Part shown: positions 8,245-17,365 of the stretch, in pieces | How the letters are laid out: the number at the start of each line of letters is the position of its first letter | How positions within the stretch are numbered: position 1 is the first letter of the stretch | From: Dehalococcoidia bacterium | Lineage (GTDB): Bacteria; Chloroflexota; Dehalococcoidia; SHYB01 | Reading direction: 5' to 3' | Length of the DNA stretch: 64,000 nt | NCBI GenBank assembly: GCA_965207995.1 | Contig: OZ242299.1 | Span: 592,064-656,063, forward strand | The notes under the pieces: generated by a model | Seen by the model: only the letters and a program-made list of their open reading frames with translations | Told to the model about the DNA's origin: nothing | Databases searched by the model: none | Translations under genes and position numbers: made by a program

Positions 8245-11200
8245 TCATTGGTGTGGGGCGGCCCCGGTTGCCGATACGCCGCCGGCATACGTCAACGCGA
8301 ACACCATATCGGAGAGTTCCCGGCGGAACGAGTCGTTGTCGCTGAACTGCTTGTACAGTTCAGCGTGGTCTGCGAGATAGTCGGTGATGGCCCGTTCCAA
8401 GGCCCGGTCGTGCTCGATCCGGGCATTCTGCCGGTCGGAGTTGGCCATAGCGTTCCGGTAGGCCCTGTCCTCTGAAACTTTGGTGGGAAGCTCCTCGGCC
8501 AGCACCTTGTCGATCTTGTCCTGGTCCTTCCACTCGATGTTGCCGAACCGGTCGTTGAACTCCCTTATGATGCTGGAAAGGCGGTCCATCTCCAGCTCCG
8601 GCTTCTGACCGCCGCCCTCGGTTGGGACCGGCCCGATCTCGGCGTCCTCGTCGGCCAACTGGATGGCCTGTACCGCCTGCTTCTCCACCCGGTAGCTGTC
8701 CATGTCTATGGCCTCCAGGATCCCCTTGGACAGGTCGTCCTCCTCTGGGGCGGGCAGCTTGGGAACGAGGAACGTCAGGAAGATGGACAGCCTCTCCCAC
8801 TCGGCATTGGTATAGGGCAGGATGGATGCCAGGAACCCGTAGGTCCGCAGGAAGGACTTCGCCTTGCCCTTGAAGTCCACCTGCCCGTCCTCGTCCAGTT
8901 CCCGGTAGACTGCAACGCAGGCATCGAGAATGGGGTCGAGGCGGTCACGGCTCTCCTTCGCCAAGAACCGCTTCACCAACTCGTCCACCTGAGCCGGGCC
9001 GTAGACCTGGTAACCGTCCAGGGACGCCTTCAGGTCGTGGAGCCGGTCGGGGTCGGTCTCCTCCGAGAGGATGGTCGTGCGGTAGTAGTCGGCGAACGCG
9101 CGCTGCATGGTGTCGGCGTCGTTGGCGAAGTCCAGCACGAAGGCGTTGTCCTTCTTCTGATGCGCCCGGTTGAGCCGTGAGAGGGTCTGCACGGCCCTCA
9201 CGCCCGACAAGGGCTTGTCCACGTACATGGTGTGTAGGAGCGGTTCGTCGTAGCCGGTCTGGAACTTGTCGGCGCACACTAGGAACCTGTAAGGCTCCTC
9301 CTGAATTCTCTCGGCGATGAGATTCGATGAGAAACCGTTGAGCGACGCCTCTGTGACCTTCCCGCCGTTGTACTCGGGCTCACCGGAGAATGCGGCGATG
9401 GCCTGATATGGACTCTTGCGCTCCGCAAGATAGTCACGGATGGCGAAGAAGTAGGTGATGGCCCGCCGGATGCTGCTGGTCACCACCATCGCCCGCGCTT
9501 GTCCCCCTATCTTCTGCAATCCCGCCACCTGCTCGTGGAAGTGGTCCACCATGATCTCCGCCTTGAGGCGGATGGCGTGGTCGTGGTCCTCCACGTAGCG
9601 GCGCAGTTTCTTCCCCGCTCGCTTGGTGTCGAACTCCGGGTCGCCCTCCACCGTCTTCACCAGCCGATAGTAGCTGTTCACCGGCGTGTAGTTCGCCAGC
9701 ACGTCGATGATGAACCGCTCCTCTATGGCCTGCTTCATGGTGTAGGAGTGGAAGGGGAAGTGCCTAGTCTTGTCGCCCTCCGGGACGGGCGCGCCGAATA
9801 TCTCCAGGGTCTTGTTCTTGGGCGTCGCGGTGAAGGCGAAGTAGCTGGCGTTGGCCAGCATCTTCTTGCTCTCCATGATGCGGTTGATCTTGTCCTCGGT
9901 GGTCTCGTCCTCCTCCTCGATACCGGATTCCCCAAGCGCCGTGGACATCGCGGCGGACGTGCGACCGCCCTGGCTGGAGTGCGCCTCGTCGATGATGATG
10001 GCAAAGCTGCGTCCCCGGTGCTCGTTGCCGATGGCGTCCAGGATGAAGGGGAACTTCTGCACCGTGGTAATGGCGATGCGTTTGCCCTGCTGCAAGAAGG
10101 CGCTAAGCTGGGCTGAGGTCTCGGCATGACCGACGACGGAGCCGACCTGGGCGAACTGCTTGATGGTGTCCCGTATCTGCCTGTCCAGCACCCTGCGGTC
10201 GGTGACGACCACCACGGTGTCGAAGATGTGTGCGTCGTCCCGCTCCAGTCCTATCAACTGATGGGCCAGCCATGCGATGGAGTTTGACTTGCCGCTGCCC
10301 GCCGAGTGCTGAATCAGGTACTTGGCTCCGACTCCCGTGGCGGATGCATCCGAAAGCAGACTCCGCACCACCTCCAGCTGGTGGTAGCGGGGCCACATCT
10401 GCTCACGCTTTTTTCGGCCCGTCCTATCGTCCCTGCTCTCGACGATCTGGGCGTAGTTCTCGATGATGTTGACGAGGCTGTCCCGGGTGAGCACCTGCTT
10501 CCACAGGTAGTCGGTCTTGAGGCCGTTCGGGTTGGGCGGGTTGCCCGCACCGTCGTTCCACCCCTTGTTGAAGGGCAGGAACCAGGACGCCTTCCCGTCG
10601 AGCTTGGTGCAGAACCGCACCTCGTGGTCGTCCACGGCGAAGTGGGCCAGGCAGCGTCCAAGCTCGAAGAGCCGCTCCCTGGGGTTGCGGTCCCGCTTGT
10701 ACTGTTCCACGGCGTCGTCTACCGTCTGCTTGGTCAAGCTGTTCTTCAGCTCGAACGTGGCGACGGGCAGACCGTTGACGAACAAGCACAGGTCAAGGGC
10801 TAACTGCGTGTTGTCGTTGCTGTAGCGCAGTTGCCGGGTCACGCTGAAGCGGTTCTGCTCGTACAGGATAGCGGCTCTGTCGTTCCCCGGCGACGGCGTG
10901 CCGTACATCAGGTCGATCAGATACGGACCGTGCTTGATTCCCTTGCGCAGCACATCGACGGTGCCTCGCTTCGTGACCTCTCCTTGCAATCTGGCCAGGA
11001 ACCTGCGCCGTGTGGGGTTCTCATCATCCAAGCCGAGCGATTCGGCAACGACCGGCTGGGTGTCTCGTAGAAAAGCGGAGAGTTGGGTTAGGTCTACGCA
11101 GTACTCGCGGTTGTAGTCCTGAGGGTCACCGCATATCCAGCCCGTGCCGTAGCCGGAAGGCCGTTCGGCTTCCACGCATCCCTGTGACGGGTCGCAGTCA

Positions 11201-11262
11201 GCGCCCGTCATCGCCTCGCAGATGAGGTGTTCAAGGCCCTTCTCGCTTGTGTCGGTGGTCAC
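8245..11262 (-). CDS. hsdR: Type I restriction enzyme R subunit (endonuclease/helicase)
   Basis: 1005 aa. HsdR N-terminal nuclease region, DEAD/DEAH helicase motifs ('SAGSGKS', 'IIDEAHSSQ') and helicase C domain; sits in an operon with hsdM/hsdS. Confidence 0.9.
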   Translation of the reverse strand: MTTDTSEKGLEHLICEAMTGADCDPSQGCVEAERPSGYGTGWICGDPQDYNREYCVDLTQLSAFLRDTQPVVAESLGLDDENPTRRRFLARLQGEVTKRGTVDVLRKGIKHGPYLIDLMYGTPSPGNDRAAILYEQNRFSVTRQLRYSNDNTQLALDLCLFVNGLPVATFELKNSLTKQTVDDAVEQYKRDRNPRERLFELGRCLAHFAVDDHEVRFCTKLDGKASWFLPFNKGWNDGAGNPPNPNGLKTDYLWKQVLTRDSLVNIIENYAQIVESRDDRTGRKKREQMWPRYHQLEVVRSLLSDASATGVGAKYLIQHSAGSGKSNSIAWLAHQLIGLERDDAHIFDTVVVVTDRRVLDRQIRDTIKQFAQVGSVVGHAETSAQLSAFLQQGKRIAITTVQKFPFILDAIGNEHRGRSFAIIIDEAHSSQGGRTSAAMSTALGESGIEEEDETTEDKINRIMESKKMLANASYFAFTATPKNKTLEIFGAPVPEGDKTRHFPFHSYTMKQAIEERFIIDVLANYTPVNSYYRLVKTVEGDPEFDTKRAGKKLRRYVEDHDHAIRLKAEIMVDHFHEQVAGLQKIGGQARAMVVTSSIRRAITYFFAIRDYLAERKSPYQAIAAFSGEPEYNGGKVTEASLNGFSSNLIAERIQEEPYRFLVCADKFQTGYDEPLLHTMYVDKPLSGVRAVQTLSRLNRAHQKKDNAFVLDFANDADTMQRAFADYYRTTILSEETDPDRLHDLKASLDGYQVYGPAQVDELVKRFLAKESRDRLDPILDACVAVYRELDEDGQVDFKGKAKSFLRTYGFLASILPYTNAEWERLSIFLTFLVPKLPAPEEDDLSKGILEAIDMDSYRVEKQAVQAIQLADEDAEIGPVPTEGGGQKPELEMDRLSSIIREFNDRFGNIEWKDQDKIDKVLAEELPTKVSEDRAYRNAMANSDRQNARIEHDRALERAITDYLADHAELYKQFSDNDSFRRELSDMVFALTYAGGVSATGAAPHQ

Positions 11263-11263
11263 G

Positions 11264-11599
11264 CTATCCCTCGTCTCGCATCGGAATGGGGACTTCCCAC
11301 ACTTCCCCTGGATCTATGCCGTCCAGGGCTGCGCGGATGCGCTCCGTTTGCCGCGATATGCGATTCCAATCGGCGTTCATCAGCACCACTACGGCAATTC
11401 GTCTGTTCGACAAGTTCTGCTGGTATCGGAGGTTCTGGTCGGTGGTGACCAACACCTCGAAACCGGCTTCTTCGGCCCTGTCCAGCAAGTCGCCGTTCGA
11501 CAGGACGTCCCAACCGCGCTCCCTGGCCTCTTCGACTTCATGGTTGAAGAGACGAGAGCGCAGCTGTCTGGGCGTGCCGTTATCGAACAGGATGCGCAT
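11264..11599 (-). CDS. DUF5615 (PIN-like) putative toxin, copy 1
   Basis: Starts 'MRILFDNG...' and contains 'VLVTTDQNLRYQQNL', the family signature. Pairs with the upstream DUF433 gene with a 20-nt overlap. Its stop is 1 nt from the hsdR ATG. Confidence 0.75.
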   Translation of the reverse strand: MRILFDNGTPRQLRSRLFNHEVEEARERGWDVLSNGDLLDRAEEAGFEVLVTTDQNLRYQQNLSNRRIAVVVLMNADWNRISRQTERIRAALDGIDPGEVWEVPIPMRDEG

Positions 11600-11828
11600 C
11601 GGCAACCACAAGATCGGCGCGGAGTTCCTGTGCCGCGAACTCCAGGACCTCACTCACCTCAGATTCTGATACTCCTCCAAACCAGTCGATGAAGTCGTAT
11701 ACGGTCGCGCCTCCGGCCAGATTGTCGAAGAGGACGTACAGGGGCAGACGTGTGTTCTTGAACACCCACGCCCCGCTCACCTTGCCTGGGATTTGTTCAA
11801 CCGCCGGGCATTTGCTCCAGTCGATCAT
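11580..11828 (-). CDS. DUF433 putative antitoxin, copy 1
   Basis: 'DWSKCPAVEQIPGKVSGAWVFKNTRLPL' signature. The conserved GAGGTGA RBS is shared with copy 2. Confidence 0.75.
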   Translation of the reverse strand: MIDWSKCPAVEQIPGKVSGAWVFKNTRLPLYVLFDNLAGGATVYDFIDWFGGVSESEVSEVLEFAAQELRADLVVADAHPVR

Positions 11829-11916
11829 GCTGTCACCTCGCTTTCGATTTCCCTGATCCTTCGCCGACTACATACCTTCTGCCATTCGTCCACCTTCCTC
11901 TATTGGCAAGCCTGAC

Positions 11917-12234
11917 TCAGTTGGGGACTTCCCTAAGTTCACCAGGCTGTAGCCCCTCAATGGCGGCGCGAATGTCCTCCACCCACGGCTGAACTATCGG
12001 CCATCTGTTGGAGCGCAGGAGGACGAAGGCTATCTGCCTGCGGCTGAGGACCTGCTGATGCCGCATATTCTGGTCTGCCGTTATCAGCAATTCATAGCCT
12101 GCCGTTTCCGCCTGGTCCAGAAGCTCGCCGTTCGATACCTCCGCCCATCCCCGTTCATCGGCCGTATGTACGTCGTGTTCGGCAAGGTGGTCGCGGAGCG
12201 GCTCGGGTACGTTGTGGTCAAACAGGATTCTCAA
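11917..12234 (-). CDS. DUF5615 (PIN-like) putative toxin, copy 2
   Basis: 'MRILFDHNVP...LLITADQNMRHQQVL'; paralog of 11264..11599. Confidence 0.75.
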   Translation of the reverse strand: MRILFDHNVPEPLRDHLAEHDVHTADERGWAEVSNGELLDQAETAGYELLITADQNMRHQQVLSRRQIAFVLLRSNRWPIVQPWVEDIRAAIEGLQPGELREVPN

Positions 12235-12457
12235 TCTTCACCTTGGCGTCGAGGCTCTGCACCTCGTGTTCCAGAGCAGCCCTAATTTGCCATTCCTTCA
12301 CGCCGGGAAACCAGTCGAGGAAGTCCTTGACGGTGGCTCCCTCTGCGAGATTCCCGAACAGGGCGGATACCGGTATCCTGGTGCCGGTGAACACCCAGGC
12401 TCCGCTCAGTCTGCCGGGTACGCTCTCCACCGCCGGGCATTTGCTCCAGTCCGTCAT
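12218..12457 (-). CDS. DUF433 putative antitoxin, copy 2
   Basis: 'MTDWSKCPAVESVPGRLSGAWVFTGTRIPV'. Its start codon overlaps the hsdS stop (ATGA). Confidence 0.75.
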   Translation of the reverse strand: MTDWSKCPAVESVPGRLSGAWVFTGTRIPVSALFGNLAEGATVKDFLDWFPGVKEWQIRAALEHEVQSLDAKVKIENPV

Positions 12458-13857
12458 CTTGTCACCTCGCTTTCGATTCCAAGCTCTTGCGTATGTTCTT
12501 CGGTGTCGTAGATGCCTTCAACCAAGGCGTTTTGTTGTGGGTCGCCTTCTCCTATTGGAACGTGGTCCTCGGCTTCATCGGGTAGTTGCGCCGCAGCGTC
12601 GCGCACGTCCAGCTTGCCCGTCACCACGTCGGCAATGAGGCGGGTGCGGTACTCCTCCACCAGCTCGACCTGGTGGCGGGCGCGGATGATGGCGCTGTCG
12701 ATGGCGTTGGTAGCCTTGTCGAGATGTTCGACGATGGCTCGCTGCTCGTAGATGGGAGGGACCAATAGCATCGAGGCCCCCAATTCTTCAGCGTTCAAAT
12801 GGGGCTGGGCAGCTCTGGAGCTTGCGGTGATCAATTGGTCGTTTCGCAAGTACGTAGAAAGCAATGCCTGTGCCATGAACTGAGCCATGCAGCCAGTTGC
12901 GGTTACGACTAGATCGTAGCCAGCCACTGCTCCGTCGTAGGCTGTTGGGATGATGGCTGAGTCGGCGGTATAAGCTCCACTCCGAACAACGATGATCTCA
13001 TGCCGCCTTAGCAGAGCGTCGCGGGTCGCTGGTACATCGCTGGGGTCAACACGGATTAGGCCCCTATCAACGATTCGCCCCCGCTCCACGTTGGTTGCGC
13101 GGATGAGTGGTGGTCCATCTACAGATTCGCGCGGAGGCTGTCCTAACCCATACCGGATGCGCCCTAGTGTCTTCAGCCGCCGCACCTCCCAATGCTCCGG
13201 CACGTCGCCGAGCCACTCGACGCCGGAGGGCTTGAGGCGGACGTTGGGGTAGAGGCCGCGGGTCACGGCTTGATTAACGACGGCCTGCCGCTCCTCTTCC
13301 AAGAGAGCAATGAGCTTCCGCTTGGCACTGGTGTACCGCCGTATGCGCCGGTCCACGTAGTCCAGGTAGCGCACGATAGCGTGCTGCTCAGGCAGGGGCG
13401 GGAGAGGGAGGATTCTTTCGTACGCATCGTTGCGGTTTAGTCCCGGCACGGCGGAGTCGTGTGAGAATTGATCCAAGCCCAGTAGCGGCAAGGCGTACGA
13501 CAGCCATCCCAGGTCAGCATTGGTATGGCGGTCATCAATGAAGAACGTAGTATCAATGGCAAATGCATCCCTACCGAGGTAGGAGACCTTACCGAAAGAG
13601 CCCTTGCGTCCGATGATGATGCAGGGGGAAAGTGTGTTGGCAGTATTGTGGACGCCAACCTGACCATTAGAGCCGTAGACAGGTATGTCTCCCTCTGCAC
13701 GGTTTTCTGCGCTCAGGCTGTCTCCATAAGCCAATTGACAGATCTGCTTCAGTCGCCGCACCTCCCAATGCTCCGGCACCTCTTCCAGCCATTCGACGCC
13801 GGAGGGCTTGTAGGCAGGGTAGCTCTTGAGCCGTCCTATGGAATGACTTGCGTTCAT
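12454..13857 (-). CDS. hsdS: Type I restriction-modification specificity subunit
   Basis: Two target-recognition domains, each preceded by the conserved 'KPSGVEWL(E/G)(E/D)VPEHWEVRRLK' repeat, plus conserved central and C-terminal coiled regions. Confidence 0.85.
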   Translation of the reverse strand: MNASHSIGRLKSYPAYKPSGVEWLEEVPEHWEVRRLKQICQLAYGDSLSAENRAEGDIPVYGSNGQVGVHNTANTLSPCIIIGRKGSFGKVSYLGRDAFAIDTTFFIDDRHTNADLGWLSYALPLLGLDQFSHDSAVPGLNRNDAYERILPLPPLPEQHAIVRYLDYVDRRIRRYTSAKRKLIALLEEERQAVVNQAVTRGLYPNVRLKPSGVEWLGDVPEHWEVRRLKTLGRIRYGLGQPPRESVDGPPLIRATNVERGRIVDRGLIRVDPSDVPATRDALLRRHEIIVVRSGAYTADSAIIPTAYDGAVAGYDLVVTATGCMAQFMAQALLSTYLRNDQLITASSRAAQPHLNAEELGASMLLVPPIYEQRAIVEHLDKATNAIDSAIIRARHQVELVEEYRTRLIADVVTGKLDVRDAAAQLPDEAEDHVPIGEGDPQQNALVEGIYDTEEHTQELGIESEVTR

Positions 13858-14096
13858 AGTTCCAACTTACCGAGGAGTTCGTCCACGCTCATTCCGTGAT
13901 GCCGCGCCACACTCTTCAAGATACTCAACAGCGTCTTCACCTTGATCGGGTTGTGTTGTGGGATCACCTCGTGGTGTTCACCGTTGACCTGTGTCGTGAC
14001 CCGCACGTGAGAGCCGCGCTGCCGGACGGCTTCGTAGCCCAGCCGTCGAAGCGACGACTGTAGGGAAGCGCCGCTAACGTCGCGGGGCAATCTCAC
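13854..14096 (-). CDS. hicA: HicA-family toxin (GTG start; GTGA overlap with the hicB stop; ATGA overlap with the hsdS start)
   Basis: '...QRGSHVRVTTQVNGEHHEVIPQHNPIKVKTLLSILK' is a YcfA/HicA-like fold. The track ORF (13854..14171) is N-terminally over-extended. Confidence 0.65.
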   Translation of the reverse strand: MRLPRDVSGASLQSSLRRLGYEAVRQRGSHVRVTTQVNGEHHEVIPQHNPIKVKTLLSILKSVARHHGMSVDELLGKLEL

Positions 14097-14311
14097 GCGA
14101 CCAATACCTCCTCGCGTACGAAGTGCAGCCGGATCAGCTTGGGCCGTCGCATGGTCTCGTCGAAGTAACAATCGACGGCCTCCTTGACGTTGTCGCGCAA
14201 CTCCTCCAGGGAATCTCCCTCCGTGTGGATGCCGTACCCCAGCGCGCTGGCGGTGTATCCGCCGTCCACCTCATCTTCGCTGACCTCAAAGATGATCTCG
14301 GTCTCAGACAT
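14093..14311 (-). CDS. hicB: HicB-family antitoxin (UPF0150 fold, no DNA-binding extension)
   Basis: 72 aa 'IFEVSEDEVDGGYTASALGYGIHTEGDSLEELRDNVKEAVDCYF'; it sits upstream of and overlaps hicA. Confidence 0.65.
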   Translation of the reverse strand: MSETEIIFEVSEDEVDGGYTASALGYGIHTEGDSLEELRDNVKEAVDCYFDETMRRPKLIRLHFVREEVLVA

Positions 14312-14352
14312 TGGCTCCTCCTATCGGAATGGTTTTCTCTTGGGGCGGAACG

Positions 14353-16329
14353 CTATCTCCCATCCGACGACCCACCCGCGACCAGTATCTCCGCCAACAG
14401 CCCATCCGTCTCGTGCTCCAGGGCCAGAATGTCGGCTCGTATCTCCTCCAGGGGTCGGAGCGGCTGGGGCTTGTAGAAGTGACGGGTGAAGCTGATCTCG
14501 TAGCCGACCTTCACGCTGCCGGGCTTGTACCAGGCATCGGGAGAGTAAGGTAGCACCTCGCGGCGGAGGAATGCCTCGATGCTGCCCTCTTCCAACAGAG
14601 ACACCTGCTCTGTGTCGCGCAGATCGGTGTCCGGCTCGTACTCCACCACGGCGGGCTTACCTTTGATGGTTGCCGCAAACAGCCCGCACAGCGGGTCTGC
14701 CTCCACGTCACTCTTGTGGACCCTCTTTATTACCGGCGGCGCGGTCTCAGACCGCTTGCCGTCTTCTTTGAGCGCCCTGATCTCTTTCGCCGAGTAGACC
14801 TGTTCCGGGTCGATACCCTCTATTCTCAGGGACCGCTCTACTGTGACCTTCCAGTAGCCGAAAGCCTCGTTGGGGAATATCTTCGACTGCTCAGTCTCCT
14901 CAAAGGCAAGGAAGGCATCGCAAATTCGGCGAATGTCCTCGTCGGAAAGCTCACAGTTCTTGTTGCCAAGGTTCTTGCGAAGAGGACGGAACCATTGGGT
15001 CGCGTCGATGAGCTGCATCTTGCCCCGGCGGTGGGCCGCCTTGCGGTTGCTCAGCACCCAGATGTAAGTGGCGATGCCGGTGTTGTAGAACATGTTTAGG
15101 GGCAGGGCGACGATGGCCTCCAGCCAGTCGTTCTCGATGATCCAACGTCGGATGTTGCTCTCGCCCTGCCCAGCGTCACCGGTGAAGAGGGAACTACCGT
15201 TGTGCACCTCGGCGATGCGGCTGCCCATGTCCGTGTTCCGCTTCATCTTGCTGAGCATGTTGGCCAGGAACATCATCTGGCCGTCGCTGGAACGGGTGAT
15301 GAGGGAGTAGTCAGCATCGCCGCCATGCTCGACGAGGAAGCGGCGGTCCATGATGCCGGACCGGCCGCCCATGCGCTCCAGGTCGGTCTTCCAACTCTTG
15401 CCGTAGGGCGGATTGGAGAGCATGAAGTCGAACTCTTCGGCAGGGAAGGTATCGGCGGCCAGAGTGGAGCCGAACCCTATGTTGTCGGCCTCGACACCCT
15501 CTCCCTTCAGGATCAGATCGGCCTTACTGATGGCATAGGTTTCCGGGTTAACTTCCTGTCCGTAGAGGTGAACGGAAACCTCCTTGCCCTTCTCACCAGC
15601 CAGTTCCGTCAGCGTCTCTTCGGCAACCGTCAGCATCCCGCCGGTGCCGCACGCGCCGTCGTATACCAGGTAGGTGCCGGACCGGACCTGCTCGGCCACG
15701 GGCAGGAAGATGAGGCGGGCCATAAGCTGCACCACGTCACGCGGCGTGAAGTGCTCTCCCGCCTCCTCGTTGTTCTCCTCGTTGAATCGCCGGATCAGCT
15801 CCTCGAAAACCGTGCCCATTCCGTGGTTGTCCAAGCCGTCCAGCCGCACCGACCCGTCGCCGTTGAGGACCGGCTGCGGGCTAAGGTTGATGGAGCTGTC
15901 CAGGAACTTCTCCAACAGGAAGCCGAGGGCGTCGGCGTCCACCAGCGTCGGAATCTGGTTGCGGAATTTGAACTTGTCCAGCACTTCCTGGATGTTGGGA
16001 GAGAAGCCGTCGAGGTACGCCTCGAAGTCGGTTCGCAGTTGCTGTTGCCGACCGCGTGATGCAAGGTCCCGGAGGCGGAAGGGCGAGGTGTTGTAGAAGG
16101 CTTGGCCGGAGGCCTGGCGAAGGGCGGCGTCCTGGTTGGTGATGCCCGCGCCGTCCAACTGCTCTTTCATGCGAAGCACCGCATCCTTGGTCGGCTCCAG
16201 CACGGCGTCGAGCCGCCGTATCACCGTCATGGGCAGGATGACGTCGCGGTACTTGCCGCGAACGTAGACGTCCCGCAGCACGTCGTCGGCGATGCCCCAT
16301 ATGAAGCCGCTGATGTTGAGTGCGCTCAC
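14353..16329 (-). CDS. hsdM: Type I restriction-modification N6-adenine DNA methyltransferase subunit
   Basis: HsdM N-terminal domain, AdoMet motif 'YDGACGTGGML', catalytic 'NPPYG'; 658 aa with a C-terminal extension. Confidence 0.9.
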   Translation of the reverse strand: MSALNISGFIWGIADDVLRDVYVRGKYRDVILPMTVIRRLDAVLEPTKDAVLRMKEQLDGAGITNQDAALRQASGQAFYNTSPFRLRDLASRGRQQQLRTDFEAYLDGFSPNIQEVLDKFKFRNQIPTLVDADALGFLLEKFLDSSINLSPQPVLNGDGSVRLDGLDNHGMGTVFEELIRRFNEENNEEAGEHFTPRDVVQLMARLIFLPVAEQVRSGTYLVYDGACGTGGMLTVAEETLTELAGEKGKEVSVHLYGQEVNPETYAISKADLILKGEGVEADNIGFGSTLAADTFPAEEFDFMLSNPPYGKSWKTDLERMGGRSGIMDRRFLVEHGGDADYSLITRSSDGQMMFLANMLSKMKRNTDMGSRIAEVHNGSSLFTGDAGQGESNIRRWIIENDWLEAIVALPLNMFYNTGIATYIWVLSNRKAAHRRGKMQLIDATQWFRPLRKNLGNKNCELSDEDIRRICDAFLAFEETEQSKIFPNEAFGYWKVTVERSLRIEGIDPEQVYSAKEIRALKEDGKRSETAPPVIKRVHKSDVEADPLCGLFAATIKGKPAVVEYEPDTDLRDTEQVSLLEEGSIEAFLRREVLPYSPDAWYKPGSVKVGYEISFTRHFYKPQPLRPLEEIRADILALEHETDGLLAEILVAGGSSDGR

Positions 16330-16679
16330 TGGCTCGTCATGCTCCTATAGGCTGCCTTGACCATCTGGTCGAGGGCGACGGCGGCTTGTTCGTTGAGACG
16401 AGGGTCGGAGTGTAGGCAGGAAGATATCACCGCCAGCGGCTCCGGCTCCTCCCCGGCAGACGGGTTCCTGAGAAATCGGTTCACGTCCAGCCCCGACCAG
16501 GTCGCCAGCGCCGCCAGGCCGTTCACGTCGGGGTGTCTGCCTTGAGCCATACGAGTCAAGGTGGAGGCGCTTATGCCGCACTCCTCCGCCACCTGCTTCC
16601 AGGTGCATCGACGGGCCTGCCTCTCCGTGTCCAACGCGGCGAAGAAGGCGTCGCCGTCGAACCTAGCTGTCCTAGCCAT
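16326..16679 (-). CDS. XRE-family HTH regulator overlapping the hsdM start (controller-like)
   Basis: 'TWKQVAEECGISASTLTRMAQGRH' helix-turn-helix; ATGA overlap with hsdM. Confidence 0.7.
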   Translation of the reverse strand: MARTARFDGDAFFAALDTERQARRCTWKQVAEECGISASTLTRMAQGRHPDVNGLAALATWSGLDVNRFLRNPSAGEEPEPLAVISSCLHSDPRLNEQAAVALDQMVKAAYRSMTSQ

Positions 16680-16822
16680 GTTTCTCTCCTCGGCGGGTAC
16701 ACGCCACAGATGGCTGTCACCTGAGGCTGGTGTGCATTGCTCATTTGATTATCGCAACTGTATAATTCGTTTGCAATAGGAGGGGATTCATCCACTCCAA
16801 GAGCTATGCCGCTCAGCGGTTA

Positions 16823-16878
16823 TGGCTCTAGCTCCTAGGACTCTGGAAGAATGACTTACGCAGACTACTTCAAAGGTG
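16823..16878 (+). repeat. Upstream direct-repeat copy of the cas3 translation-start region (about 85% identical to 17307..17365)
   Basis: Alignment: tatggctctagctcctaggactctggaagaatgacttacgcagactacttcaaagg versus aatggctctagcgtataggacttggaagagatgacttacgcaggcttcttcaagaagg. Confidence 0.7.
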
Positions 16879-17306
16879 GTATCCACCTCTTTACCGTGCT
16901 CAACGGATCGTCAACGCCCTAAACCCGTGGAAATAAATGGGGCCGCGACTTAGTTGGTCGCGGATACAGAGAGTTCTCCTGCTGCTGATCGCATAACCTG
17001 AGTGCTTCAATGGAGCCTCCTGGTGAGGAGGGTTGCTGAGGGAGACAGGAGATGGTATGCTTATCTAAGGTTCACTCACGTTATTAGTAATATGTTTCTG
17101 ACTGAGGGGTAGTGTACATGGAGAAACGAGAGAACGCAAGAAGAGTTTGCTTTGAGGCTTTCCACTCAAGACGCGATGAAGATCTTGAGGGCGGTGCATC
17201 ACTTACCATCTGTCGCAGTTCGTCGAAGTTCACCATCGAGTCCGAAGAGAGGGTAGAGCAATTCGGACCAAGATGCCCGCGCCGAGTGCCAAGAGCTCTG
17301 CCGGTC

Positions 17307-17365
17307 TCCGATAATGGCTCTAGCGTATAGGACTTGGAAGAGATGACTTACGCAGGCTTCTTCAA
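17307..17365 (+). repeat. Downstream copy of the direct repeat; contains the genuine cas3 RBS and start codon
   Basis: See the copy at 16823..16878. A 428-bp AT-rich segment lies between the two copies. Confidence 0.7.

Noticed and set aside
8161-8245. Possible terminator downstream of hsdR (GGGGCGGCCCC)
   Set aside because: The stem has only a 1-nt loop and no U-tract, so it is not convincing.
17112-17330. 72-aa ORF upstream of cas3
   Set aside because: It lies in the AT-rich inserted segment with no recognisable features. Noted only as part of the duplication finding.
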